In this document: piece by piece, positions 1 through 9,253 of the stretch
How positions within the stretch are numbered: position 1 is the stretch's first letter
How the letters are laid out: the number at the start of each line of letters is the position of its first letter
Assembly (NCBI GenBank): GCA_016186695.1
Contig: JACPLC010000002.1
Location: 31,335-95,334, forward strand
DNA length: 64,000 bases
Direction: 5' to 3'
DNA from: Candidatus Kaiserbacteria bacterium
GTDB taxonomy: Bacteria > Patescibacteriota > Minisyncoccia > Phycocordibacterales > UBA2100
Program-made: the position numbers and the translations under genes
Notes under the pieces: model-generated
What the model saw: only the letters and a program-made list of their open reading frames with translations
The model's database searches: none
Told to the model about the DNA's origin: nothing

Positions 1-1
1 T

Positions 2-319
2 CGGGCCGGAAAGCCCATCACGGTGACGGCTCCGGGGACGCAGAAGCGCAATTTCACCCACGTGGAAGATACAGCGCGCGCGCTCCTCATGGTCGGTGAG
101 GGCGGGCATGGCGATGAGTATGGTATAGGCTCGCCGGAGTCGTATTCAATTCTTGAGATCGCGAAGATGTTCACCGATAAGGTTGTGATGTTGCCGGAGC
201 GTAAAGGGAACCGCATGGATTCGGTGGTGGACACAACGCGCATTGAAAAAGAGTTTGGCTGGAAACCACAGCACACGGTGCGCGAATACATCGAATTACT
301 GAAAGCTACCAAGAAATGA
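2..319 (+). CDS. NAD-dependent sugar epimerase/dehydratase (SDR family), C-terminal part; 5' end lies outside the window
   Basis: The frame is open from the window edge (..RAGKPITVTAPGTQKRNFTHVEDTARAL..). The C-terminal region is typical of GalE-like epimerases: a hydrophobic substrate-domain pattern ending GWKPQHTVREYIELL. The 23-coordinate ORF start is GTG inside a longer open frame. Confidence 0.55.
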   Translation, partial: RAGKPITVTAPGTQKRNFTHVEDTARALLMVGEGGHGDEYGIGSPESYSILEIAKMFTDKVVMLPERKGNRMDSVVDTTRIEKEFGWKPQHTVREYIELLKATKK

Positions 320-1557
320 AACGCGTACTTATTTTTTCGCTCGCGTATGTGCCGTATGTGGGGGGTGCGGAACTTGCGATAAAGGAGATTACTGATCGAC
401 TCGATACTTCTGAATACTCGTTTGACATGGTTACGCTTCGTTTCGATCGCAGGCTTCCGGCTATTGAGAAGATCGGAAACGTCACGGTGCATCGGATTGG
501 ATTTACCGCACAGAATGTGAAAGTTTCCGATAGGGCACTTCCGTGGCAGTGCAGGCTCGCAAAATCTTTATTTCCGTTCACTTCATTTCTGAAGGCGCGC
601 TCTCTCCATAAAGATATAAGATTCGACCTCATCTGGGCAATGATGGCCAATCAGGCGGGTTTCGGCGCTCTCTTTTTTTCTGCTTCGCTGAAGCTTCGCA
701 GAACAGGCAAGTACGTGCCCTACTTCTTGGAGCTGCAAGATGGCAACTCACTCGAACAAATTCAGGCGCGCAGGCCAATTGTTTCGCTCCTATGGCCGCT
801 CTATAAGCGTGTTTACTTCAAAGCCGATGCCATAAAGGCGATATCACAGTTCATCGCACGTCTCGCGCGTGAAGTCGGCTACCACGGCAAAGTAGAGGTC
901 ATCCCCAATGCAGTCGATGTTGCCAAGTTCTCTGTACCAATTCCGGAAGATGAGACGGCGGGGCTGAAAGAGAAGCTTGGCAAAAAGATGGGCGATGTGT
1001 TCCTTTTTACCGCATCGCGACTCGTGCTCTCGCGAGGAGTTGAAGAGGTTATTCGCGCACTGCCACAGCTTCCATCAAACGTGAAATTTCTGGTCGCGGG
1101 AGACGGGGAGGATCGTGCAAAACTTGAGGCGATCGCAAAAGAGGCCCATGTCAGGGATAGAGTCATCTTCGCAGGGCATGTCGCGCATGCCGATATTCCA
1201 AAATATTTAAAGGTTTCCGACATCTTCGTGCGGCCTTCGATCATTGAGGGAATGGGGAGTGCATTCGTCGAAGCATTCGCGGCCGGTATTCCTGTGGTAG
1301 CAACACCGGTCGGCGGCATTCCGGATTTTCTTTTTGATCCCGACCGCGACAAAGATATGGAGCCGACAGGACTTTTTTGTGAAGTGCGAAATCCGGAATC
1401 GATCGCGCATGCCGTTAAAAAATATATGGAGAACCCGACTCTCGCGGCTCGGATAATAAAGAATGCAAAAGCTCTCGCAGAAGAGAAGTACGATTGGAAT
1501 CTGATTGCGGAAGCAATGAAAAAGCAGATATTTGATCCGCTTTCCCAAAGAGGATAA
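316..1557 (+). CDS. Glycosyltransferase family 4 (GT-B, glycosyl transferase group 1)
   Basis: 413 aa. C-terminal donor-binding half ..DVFLFTASRLVLSRGVEEVI..SIIEGMGSAFVEAFAAGIPVVATPVGGIPDFL (EX7E-like GT4 signature). ATGA start/stop overlap with the upstream epimerase gene. Confidence 0.75.
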   Translation: MKRVLIFSLAYVPYVGGAELAIKEITDRLDTSEYSFDMVTLRFDRRLPAIEKIGNVTVHRIGFTAQNVKVSDRALPWQCRLAKSLFPFTSFLKARSLHKDIRFDLIWAMMANQAGFGALFFSASLKLRRTGKYVPYFLELQDGNSLEQIQARRPIVSLLWPLYKRVYFKADAIKAISQFIARLAREVGYHGKVEVIPNAVDVAKFSVPIPEDETAGLKEKLGKKMGDVFLFTASRLVLSRGVEEVIRALPQLPSNVKFLVAGDGEDRAKLEAIAKEAHVRDRVIFAGHVAHADIPKYLKVSDIFVRPSIIEGMGSAFVEAFAAGIPVVATPVGGIPDFLFDPDRDKDMEPTGLFCEVRNPESIAHAVKKYMENPTLAARIIKNAKALAEEKYDWNLIAEAMKKQIFDPLSQRG

Positions 1558-1812
1558 ATGGTTTGGAGGTTTGCTCATTCGGGTGTTTGCTGGGCGTAGG
1601 AGGGTGTCATGACAAAAAGAGTGCATCGACACGACCCGCAATGGTCGGACGAGACCAACGCGGCAATCGCACATACGCCCGAATCGACGACGGTCATCGT
1701 ATCGATCGGGATAGGCCCGCTTCCAAGCATGAGCAAAGGAAGCAGCGCTCCCGAATGGATCTGGTTTTTTCCATCGCTGTGGTTTGTGCCACTGACGGAA
1801 GGTTGACGGTAT

Positions 1813-1838
1813 GAGGGAGCGCACGTTCGCGCTCCCTT
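1813..1838. terminator. GC-rich hairpin (gggagcgc-acgttc-gcgctccc) followed by a T-containing tract, inside a 300-bp non-coding gap
   Basis: Perfect 8-10 bp inverted repeat read directly at 1815-1836. tataaagtg lies just downstream, before the next GT gene. Confidence 0.3.
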
Positions 1839-1861
1839 CCACTTTGCTATAAAGTGTTTCA

Positions 1862-2941
1862 ATGCGTCTTCTTCTGGCGACAGGTCTCTATCCGCCTGAA
1901 ATCGGCGGGCCGGCGACGTATGCAAAATTGTTCGAGGAACAACTCCCGAACTACGGCATCGAAGTCTTGGTGCTTCCGTTTAGTCTCGTTCGACACATGC
2001 CGCCGATTGTGAGGCACGTGGCGTATGCGTGGCTGCTCGCACAGCGCATGCGCGATGTGGATCTCGTGCTCGTGCAAGACACCGTCTCCACAGGATTTCC
2101 CGTAGCCATCATAGCGGGGCTTGCGGGAAAGAAGTTTGTCGTTCGCGTACCGGGCGATTACGCATGGGAGCAGGGAACACAGCGGTTTGGCGTCAAAGAT
2201 TCTCTCGATGATTTCCAGAAGCGCTCGTACGGACTGGCCGTCGGATTTCTTCGCTCGATACAGCGATTCGTTGTGATTCGCGCACATCGTGTTATCGCGC
2301 CGAGCACATACCTTGCGAAGGTTATTTCTAGTTGGTCTCCGCGCATAAAGAGGATAGAAGTTATTTACAACGGCATCGAACTGTCGGAGGCGCTTCCGGT
2401 CGCGCGGCAGGAAAATCTCATTGTTTCCTCCGGCAGGCTCGTTCCGTGGAAAGGATTTGACGAGCTTATCGAAGTCGTCAGTGCTCATCCTGAATGGAAG
2501 CTCGAAATTCTCGGCGATGGGCCTCGACATCGCGAACTCAGGGATCAGATACAGAAGGCCGGATGTGAAGAGCGGATAACGCTTCGCGGGCGTGTCTCTC
2601 ACGCAGAGGCCCGCGAGGTCTTCGCAAGCGCGACAGTTTTTGTCCTAAACTCCCGATATGAAGGCCTCTCGCACACGCTTATCGAAGCGATGTCGGTCGG
2701 CACACCGGTCGTTGCGACACGTGCCGGGGGGAACCCCGAGGTTGTTCACGATGGAGAGGACGGCATACTTATTGCGGTCGGCGACAAAATGGCTCTAGAA
2801 GGCGCTCTTACGCATGTGCTGTCGGACGCCGGTCTGCGAAGACGCTTGGGTGCCGCCGCGTCCGGTCGGGCGAAAGACTTTTCAATTAATAAAACCGTCG
2901 AGGCAACCGCCTCGCTTTTGAAATCATGCGTGTCCTCCTAA
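1862..2941 (+). CDS. Glycosyltransferase family 4
   Basis: 359 aa; ..SSGRLVPWKGFDELIEV..NSRYEGLSHTLIEAMSVGTPVVATRAGGNPEVV (GT4 EX7E motif region). Confidence 0.8.
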   Translation: MRLLLATGLYPPEIGGPATYAKLFEEQLPNYGIEVLVLPFSLVRHMPPIVRHVAYAWLLAQRMRDVDLVLVQDTVSTGFPVAIIAGLAGKKFVVRVPGDYAWEQGTQRFGVKDSLDDFQKRSYGLAVGFLRSIQRFVVIRAHRVIAPSTYLAKVISSWSPRIKRIEVIYNGIELSEALPVARQENLIVSSGRLVPWKGFDELIEVVSAHPEWKLEILGDGPRHRELRDQIQKAGCEERITLRGRVSHAEAREVFASATVFVLNSRYEGLSHTLIEAMSVGTPVVATRAGGNPEVVHDGEDGILIAVGDKMALEGALTHVLSDAGLRRRLGAAASGRAKDFSINKTVEATASLLKSCVSS

Positions 2942-4011
2942 TAAGTACTGATAGATCGATATTCGCCGAGGAGAGTTCTACGCGGCGCCGACATCGCGCA
3001 TATGCAAAATATTTTGATGAGCTGCACGTATTATGTATTTCGGAAGGGACTCCATTCGCGGCTGTGCGAGATGGGAATCTCACGATCTACCCATCATCTC
3101 CACCAGCTCCTTTTTTTAGTAAGCTTTCACGGCGTATACGAGCCGCATACAGTATCGCCGGCATTATCAGCAGGTATGGCATTGATGTCGTATCGGTCCA
3201 AGATCCTTTTGAGACTGGAGTTGCCGCACTTATTGGCATGATGGGGTTGGGAGCAACATTTCACGTACAGGTGCATACTGATTTTCTCTCGCCCAACTAT
3301 CGTCGACTTTCACTTATAAATCGAATACGGGCACTTATTGCAGGTTTCGTGTTGCGAAGGGCTTCACGCATCCGGGTCGTCTCTGAGCACATCAAGGCAT
3401 CAATTCAGGAGCAATACCATCTCAACGTACCAATTTCAGCTCTGCCAATTTTTGCTGACGTAGAGCGGATACATAGAGCTTCTCCAGACGAAAAACTGCT
3501 CGTGCGATTTGCTGCGTACAAAACCAAACTGCTTGTCGTTTCGCGTCTCGAGCCCGAAAAAAATGTCGGCCTCGCGATACGCGCGTTCGCGCGATCAGCG
3601 CCGAGAGATGTATGTCTCATTATCGTTGGCAGCGGCAGTGAGAGATTATCATTGCAACGTTTTGCAAAACGCCTGAATGTCGCCGAGCGGGTCTTTTTTG
3701 ACGCTGATGCGGAAGCGGCACCGTACTTCAAGTTTGCGGATCTCGTGTTGGTTCCGTCGAAATACGAAGGATATGGGCTCGTTATCATTGAGGCGCTTGC
3801 GGCGGGGAAACCGGTGCTCGCAACTGATGTCGGCATTGCGCGTGAAGCGGGGGCGATCGTGACGACCGAAGAGAAGTTTGCTGATGCACTTGCGGAGTGG
3901 TTCAAGAGCGGCCCGCGGACGGGAGAGTTGAAGAACTGCCCCTACAAAAATTTTGACGAGTATGTGCGCGCATACTGTGATGACATAAAAAGATGCGCGA
4001 TCGCTCAATAA
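2926..4011 (+). CDS. Glycosyltransferase family 4
   Basis: 361 aa; ..LVVSRLEPEKNVGLAIRAF..PSKYEGYGLVIIEALAAGKPVLATDVG. Overlaps the previous GT by 16 bp, consistent with an operon. Confidence 0.75.
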   Translation: MRVLLISTDRSIFAEESSTRRRHRAYAKYFDELHVLCISEGTPFAAVRDGNLTIYPSSPPAPFFSKLSRRIRAAYSIAGIISRYGIDVVSVQDPFETGVAALIGMMGLGATFHVQVHTDFLSPNYRRLSLINRIRALIAGFVLRRASRIRVVSEHIKASIQEQYHLNVPISALPIFADVERIHRASPDEKLLVRFAAYKTKLLVVSRLEPEKNVGLAIRAFARSAPRDVCLIIVGSGSERLSLQRFAKRLNVAERVFFDADAEAAPYFKFADLVLVPSKYEGYGLVIIEALAAGKPVLATDVGIAREAGAIVTTEEKFADALAEWFKSGPRTGELKNCPYKNFDEYVRAYCDDIKRCAIAQ

Positions 4012-4032
4012 CTGCTACAATCCTATCCCTCT

Positions 4033-4923
4033 ATGGCTCAAAAAAGCAAGCAAAACAAGCCTCTTATTGGTTTTGTCGGGCAGGGCTATGTTGGCAAGAA
4101 CTACGCCGATGATTTCGAGAGTCGCGGGTATCCGGTTGTTAGGTATTCGCTCGAAGAGCCATACATCGAGAACAAGGGCCTCATAAAGGATTGCGATGTC
4201 GTTTTTATTGCCGTCCCGACGCCGTCGACGCCCAAAGGCTTCGACGCGAGCATTGTCGATAGCGCGCTTTCTTTGCTCGGAAAAGGGAAGATCGCTGTCA
4301 TCAAATCGACCATCGTGCCGGGGATGACCCGCCTCCTCCAGAAGAAGCATCCGAACATCGTCGTCATGTTCTGCCCCGAGTTCCTTTCGGTCGCGACCGC
4401 AGCGTACGATGTAGCGAACCCCTTTTTAAATGTTGTTGGTATTCCCTCGAACTCGCAAAAGCACAAGAAGGCGGCGCAGCTCGTGCTCGCAATCCTGAAA
4501 AAAGCACCGGAGAATCTCATGTGCACGAGCGAAGAAGCAGAACTCATCAAGTACGCGCACAACATCAGCGGCTACATGCAAATCCTCACTTTCAATCTCG
4601 TGTACGATCTCGCCGAGCATTTCAAGGCTGATTGGGGCCCGATACAGCGTGCCATTGAGAGCGATCCACTCATTTGCAACCGGTACGCAAATCCTGTGCA
4701 TAAGGGCGGGCGTGGCGCGGGCGGTTTCTGCTTCATCAAGGACATGGCGGCATTCGCGAGGCATTATGAAGAGACTGTTCGCGAGCCTGCCGGCTCCGCG
4801 CTTCTCGAAGCGGCGCAGCTGAAGAACGTCAGCTTGCTTGCTGCCTCGCACAAAGACCTTGATCTCTTGGAAGGAGTGTACGGGCAGAAGATGATGCAGC
4901 GGGCAAAGAAAGCCCGCCGATAG
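4033..4923 (+). CDS. UDP-glucose/GDP-mannose dehydrogenase family protein, short form lacking the C-terminal UDP-binding domain
   Basis: N-terminal Rossmann GFVGQGYVGKNYA and VFIAVPTP; central-domain motifs FCPEFLSVATAAYDVANP (cf. NPEFLREG) and catalytic-Cys motif GGFCFIKD (cf. GGSCFPKD). The ORF ends about 60 aa after the Cys, and the 80-bp downstream gap cannot encode the missing domain. Confidence 0.55.
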   Translation: MAQKSKQNKPLIGFVGQGYVGKNYADDFESRGYPVVRYSLEEPYIENKGLIKDCDVVFIAVPTPSTPKGFDASIVDSALSLLGKGKIAVIKSTIVPGMTRLLQKKHPNIVVMFCPEFLSVATAAYDVANPFLNVVGIPSNSQKHKKAAQLVLAILKKAPENLMCTSEEAELIKYAHNISGYMQILTFNLVYDLAEHFKADWGPIQRAIESDPLICNRYANPVHKGGRGAGGFCFIKDMAAFARHYEETVREPAGSALLEAAQLKNVSLLAASHKDLDLLEGVYGQKMMQRAKKARR

Positions 4924-5002
4924 CGGGCATGCGCCCCATTAGAGGCCGCGGTCGCTGATTGCCTTCGTTTTTTGTCCGCGTACGATACCCACATAGAGCT
5001 TT

Positions 5003-6070
5003 ATGGACAACGCAAGAAGTATGGGGCCGCGACCTACCTCTAACGGGGTAAATCTCCTCATCGTGACGCAGACGCTCGACCGCACCGATCCTGTTCTTGG
5101 GTTTTTTCACCGCTGGATTGAGGAACTATCGAAGCACTACGAACGCATTAACGTTATTTGTTTAAAAGAAGGAGCGCACTCGTTGCCGGAGAACGTGGAC
5201 GTGCATTCGCTCGGAAAAGAAGGGGGGGCGTCTCGGCTGAAATACGTTGCTCGTTTATTCCGCTACATTTGGAAATTGCGAAACGAGTACGACGCGGTTT
5301 TTGTGCACATGAATCAGGAGTATGTACTTCTTGCCGGCCTATTTTGGCGCTTAATCGGCAAACGCATATACCTATGGCGCAACCACTACGCCGGCTCGAT
5401 GATGACCAACCTTGCCGTCGCGCTCTCCACCAAAGTCTTCTGCACGTCGCGATTCTCCTATACCGCGAAATTCCGCAAGACCGTTCTGATGCCCGTTGGA
5501 ATCGACACGAACGTATTCAGGCCGCTGGACCTACCGAGGAAAGCGGGCTCGATACTTTCCCTCGGACGCATCGCGCCTTCGAAGCACGTCGATGTCTTGA
5601 TAGAAGCGGTTGATATCCTCAAACAAAAGTCGGTGGACATCTCGGCTCGCATTTTTGGCGATGCACTGCCAAAAGATGCCGACTATCATGCCAGCCTTTT
5701 GAAACGTATCGAGGAGCTGGGGCTCACAAATATACAGTTTCATGCCGGAGTTCCGAACTACGAGACGCCGAAGGTCTATAGCGCGCACGATATTTTTGTA
5801 AATTGCAGCGGGAGCGGCATGTACGACAAAACGATTTTTGAAGCAGCAGCGTGCGGAGCGCTTCCGCTTGCTTCGAGCCGCGATTTTTCCGAACTTGCTC
5901 CGGATTTTTCCTTCGCAGAAGGAAGTTCCGAGGAATTAGCCGCAGGGATCGAGAGGCTGATGTCAAAGTTAGATGGGGAACGGGAATCAGCGAGAGCCTC
6001 AATGCGCGCTCTCGCTGAACGTCATAGTCTGCGGGAGCTCGGAGTTCGACTCGGGAACGAGATTCGGTGA
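5003..6070 (+). CDS. Glycosyltransferase, GT-B fold (GT4-like)
   Basis: 355 aa; ..SLGRIAPSKHVDVLIEAVDIL..FVNCSGSGMYDKTIFEAAACGALPLAS. Confidence 0.55.
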   Translation: MDNARSMGPRPTSNGVNLLIVTQTLDRTDPVLGFFHRWIEELSKHYERINVICLKEGAHSLPENVDVHSLGKEGGASRLKYVARLFRYIWKLRNEYDAVFVHMNQEYVLLAGLFWRLIGKRIYLWRNHYAGSMMTNLAVALSTKVFCTSRFSYTAKFRKTVLMPVGIDTNVFRPLDLPRKAGSILSLGRIAPSKHVDVLIEAVDILKQKSVDISARIFGDALPKDADYHASLLKRIEELGLTNIQFHAGVPNYETPKVYSAHDIFVNCSGSGMYDKTIFEAAACGALPLASSRDFSELAPDFSFAEGSSEELAAGIERLMSKLDGERESARASMRALAERHSLRELGVRLGNEIR

Positions 6071-7629
6071 GTCTACACTATCCCTACATGCACTACCTTC
6101 GAGAAAATTGGCCCGTCGTCTTCGTGCTTGCGGTAGGGGTACTGCTTTCCTTTTCGTTTACGCTCGCGCCGTTTGATTTCGTTCTCGGGAATTTTCTATC
6201 GGACGATTCGTTTTACTACTTTCAGATAGCACGAAATATCGCCGAAGGGCTTGGCTCAACGTTCGACGGCGTGAACCCGACCAACGGCTACCACCCCCTT
6301 TGGCTCATCGCCGTTCTTCCTTTTTTCTCCGCCCTGTCGGATGGCAGCGCCTACGACATTGTGCCGATACAGGGAGTGCTTGCGCTCTCTGCACTTCTCT
6401 ACGTCGCAACGGGAGCGGTACTGCTTGCGATCATCAGGCGCTACACGAAGAGCGCGTGGGTGAAAGCGGGGGCACTCGGTTTCTGGTTTCTGAATCCTTT
6501 TTTGCTCTACCAGATGTTGAACGGGCTTGAGACGCCGCTCTCCGTATTTTTCATAGCGCTGCTCTTCCTTGCCGGCATCCGTGTTGCTGAATTACCGAGT
6601 ACGCGCCGCTTCATCGAAACGGGGATTGTCGGTGGTCTCATGATGCTCTCCCGCCTCGACACGGTGTTTTATTTTCTGGGTTTTCTTGCGTACCTTGTGT
6701 ATCGCAATAGAGTGCGCCGGAGTGTTCGACCTGTCCTCATTTCCGGCATCGCGGCAACGCTTGTGGTTGCGCCATGGCTATTGTGGAACGCGGTGAATTT
6801 CGGGACGGTCATAACGTCGTCCTCCGTAGCGAGCACGATGGTGAATCACGAGCTCATCGTGCAGGATCACGGCCCGAGCTGGTTCCAGACGTTTAAGGCT
6901 GCCGTGTATATGACCGATAGGGAAGCACGCGCCGTGGTGCCATTCACCGGCATCCCTGTTGTTCTTTTCGTGCTCGCCGGTCTGACGCTCGGCTGGTTTC
7001 TCTTCGGAAAGGGAAGATCTCTCGTCTCGCGTTTTCCGCGAGAAATACCCATTGAGCTTTTTATTGCGTCGGGATTCGTACTCAATTTTGTCGCGAACGC
7101 ATCGATCCGCTGGACTGCGCGGCCGTGGTACTTCATCGCAGTAAACCTTATGATTGCAATATGGCTCGCATGGTTTTTGGAGAAACTGCGCGAAGAAGGA
7201 TATATGCACCGATTCGTTGTAGTTCCTCTCATTCTTTTCTCGCTCTTCCTTTTCTACGTTGGTTGGAGTAAGGACTTGCGCAATGTCGCAGCACCACAGC
7301 GCCAAATGCTCGAGACGACACAGTGGATGAACGCCAATCTTCCGGAAGACGCTTTGCTCGGAGCGTTCAACTCCGGTATCCAAGGGTACTTCTCGACGCA
7401 TCGTGTGGTGAATCTAGACGGCCTCGTGAACAACGAGGCGCTCGCTGCGTTGCAGCGCAAAGATGTATGGGGGTATATGCAGGACGAAGGTATTCAGTAT
7501 CTTGCCGATTACGACCTATACCTCCGGTATCGCTACAAGAGCTTTTTGGGCATCGGCGACCCGTTTTCCCGTCTCGAACTGGTGTATGAGGAGCCCATCA
7601 CCAAACTTCATGTATTCAAGGTCAAATAA
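6067..7629 (+). CDS. Polytopic integral membrane protein, possibly a GT-C type glycosyltransferase or glycan polymerase
   Basis: 520 aa with about 11 hydrophobic helices (e.g. WPVVFVLAVGVLLSFSF, LIAVLPFFSAL, VVLFVLAGLTLGWFLF). ATGA overlap with the upstream GT. No catalytic motif recognised. Confidence 0.35.
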   Translation: MSLHYPYMHYLRENWPVVFVLAVGVLLSFSFTLAPFDFVLGNFLSDDSFYYFQIARNIAEGLGSTFDGVNPTNGYHPLWLIAVLPFFSALSDGSAYDIVPIQGVLALSALLYVATGAVLLAIIRRYTKSAWVKAGALGFWFLNPFLLYQMLNGLETPLSVFFIALLFLAGIRVAELPSTRRFIETGIVGGLMMLSRLDTVFYFLGFLAYLVYRNRVRRSVRPVLISGIAATLVVAPWLLWNAVNFGTVITSSSVASTMVNHELIVQDHGPSWFQTFKAAVYMTDREARAVVPFTGIPVVLFVLAGLTLGWFLFGKGRSLVSRFPREIPIELFIASGFVLNFVANASIRWTARPWYFIAVNLMIAIWLAWFLEKLREEGYMHRFVVVPLILFSLFLFYVGWSKDLRNVAAPQRQMLETTQWMNANLPEDALLGAFNSGIQGYFSTHRVVNLDGLVNNEALAALQRKDVWGYMQDEGIQYLADYDLYLRYRYKSFLGIGDPFSRLELVYEEPITKLHVFKVK

Positions 7630-7649
7630 TATAGAGATATTAGAAGGGG

Positions 7650-8111
7650 TTATCCCGTGGCAGTTAAGTATCCGGAGTAGAAAAGATATGCCGTAAATCC
7701 ACAGCCGGAGGCCAAGCAAAGCAAGACAGTGCCCATGTGCTTCTTGTCAGAATCGAACTCTTCATTTTTAGGAACGTAGTGCCAGAAAAAATTGTTAAAG
7801 GGTGGTGAAAGAAAGAGCAACAATCCTCCCGCTGTCAAAAGCATCCCCAAGCCAAGAAAATATCCGGCAATCACTAGAGTTACTACATCCCGACCCGGGA
7901 AAAATGCAGCAATGCCTAGCGGCATCATTGCAAGCCCGGCAAACACGATTTGAGGCGGCCAAAAATAACGAGCAGCGAAATAGTCTGATTTTGTCATTGG
8001 TTTTCCAATATCTTTGCCAGCACGATATTTAAATCCCGAAGGAGATTGTAAAAACAACGAGTAGAATCCCCAAATGAACATCCCTAGTCCCGCGACTGTC
8101 CACCAAAACAT
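7650..8111 (-). CDS. Small integral membrane protein, hypothetical
   Basis: 153 aa with 4 predicted TM helices (MFWWTVAGLGMFIWGFYSLFL.., VFAGLAMMPLGIAAFF.., LVIAGYFLGLGMLLTAGGLLLFL..). Confidence 0.4.
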   Translation of the reverse strand: MFWWTVAGLGMFIWGFYSLFLQSPSGFKYRAGKDIGKPMTKSDYFAARYFWPPQIVFAGLAMMPLGIAAFFPGRDVVTLVIAGYFLGLGMLLTAGGLLLFLSPPFNNFFWHYVPKNEEFDSDKKHMGTVLLCLASGCGFTAYLFYSGYLTATG

Positions 8112-8112
8112 A

Positions 8113-9231
8113 TCAACTTTTTAAGTGTATCAGGATTATCTGGGCACGGGAGGACCACGTGTATTTCCATACCTCTTCACGGGCTCGTGCGGCTTTCCCG
8201 CGTGCTTCTTCGGGGCGTGAGAGGACGTACTCGATCTGCCGCGCGAGCGCGTGCTCGTCGTCGGGAGGAAACCAAAACGTCGTATCGTCGGTGAGAATTT
8301 CGCGTATGCTCGGAAGATCTGATGCGACGATCGGTACACCAGCTGCCATGTATTGGAAGAGCTTCAAGGGGGAAGTGTAGTGAGAAGAGATTTTTGGCTT
8401 TGCGCTGTTGGGAAGCACTAAACAATCTGCCGACATGGTGACCGAGGGCAATATTTGCCGCGGCTGGTATCCGATCACGTGCACTCGATCGCTCGCGTAT
8501 GTTTTTTTGAATTCTGCAAGCTCGCGATCAACACCTCCCATCAGCACAGTCTCCACTCCATCGGGCAGATATTTTGCGGCATTCGCGAGTGTTTCTCCCC
8601 CTTTCCACCCGTAAAAGTGTCCCGTGTACAGAACAATCTTCTTGTTCGGATCGACGCCATAGCTACGCCATATGTCGCGCGAAGGTTTGATGTCGAATTC
8701 TGCGAGATCCACCGCATCAGGTGCCACGACAATTTTCTCCGGCGGCACGCCGCCTTGTATGAGCGCTTCTTTGAGACCGTTGCTTATAACGACAAGCTTT
8801 GCGGCGCGGGAGACTGCACGGAAAAAAAGAAATGTGCGCTCCGGAATGCTGTGTATTTCAAGCACGATCTCCCTTGCGCGGGCAAAGAGCGCGACTTGGT
8901 AGTCTCTTGTGTAGACCGTCCTATCGAAGCGATGCACCAGCAAGGAGAGGAGGAATGTAAGCTGATCGAGCGCAAAGACAAGGCGCGAGTTCTCGAATTT
9001 TCCCAAAAGGTCGGTCGCCGAGAGTTTGCGGATACTGAACGTCGGCTTGATGGCGTAGTACGTGAAAGGATCTTCTTTGATACCGTGGTGGCGCGTCGGG
9101 ACGTATAGCTTGACATTCGCGCCGTGCGAGGCGAATTGCTCGCACATTTTCATTATCGCGTACCCGTGGGCTCGATCCGTGGGCAGTCGCACGAGCGACA
9201 CATAGGCAATGGATAGCGGCTCATCTCTCAT
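8113..9231 (-). CDS. Glycosyltransferase family 4
   Basis: Likely start MRDEPLSIAYVSL (ATG at 9231; the maximal ORF extends to 9318). C-terminal half ..VLYTGHFYGWKGGETL.. and ..ILPSVTMSADCLVLPNSAKPKISSHYTSPLKLFQYMAAGVPIVASDLPSIREIL. Confidence 0.7.
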   Translation of the reverse strand: MRDEPLSIAYVSLVRLPTDRAHGYAIMKMCEQFASHGANVKLYVPTRHHGIKEDPFTYYAIKPTFSIRKLSATDLLGKFENSRLVFALDQLTFLLSLLVHRFDRTVYTRDYQVALFARAREIVLEIHSIPERTFLFFRAVSRAAKLVVISNGLKEALIQGGVPPEKIVVAPDAVDLAEFDIKPSRDIWRSYGVDPNKKIVLYTGHFYGWKGGETLANAAKYLPDGVETVLMGGVDRELAEFKKTYASDRVHVIGYQPRQILPSVTMSADCLVLPNSAKPKISSHYTSPLKLFQYMAAGVPIVASDLPSIREILTDDTTFWFPPDDEHALARQIEYVLSRPEEARGKAARAREEVWKYTWSSRAQIILIHLKS

Positions 9232-9253
9232 ATATAGTGACGATACTACCTCT

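Noticed and set aside
1563-1814. Small ORFs (83 aa and 65 aa) in the 300-bp gap after the first GT4 gene
   Set aside because: They overlap each other in different frames, have no start context or homology, and are typical of random GC-rich ORFs. The region is reported as non-coding with a hairpin instead.
4033-5002. Possibility that the short Ugd-like gene is split by a frameshift, with the UDP-binding domain in another frame
   Set aside because: Only 80 bp separate its stop from the next GT gene, too little for the missing ~110-aa domain in any frame.
8455-9108. 217-aa plus-strand ORF inside the minus-strand GT4 gene (8113-9231); similar long antisense ORFs at 14333-14992, 15949-16515, 36069-36707, 37526-38122, 54709-55698 and 62433-63236
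   Set aside because: All lie antisense within genes that have clear family motifs. GC-rich DNA generates long open frames on the opposite strand.
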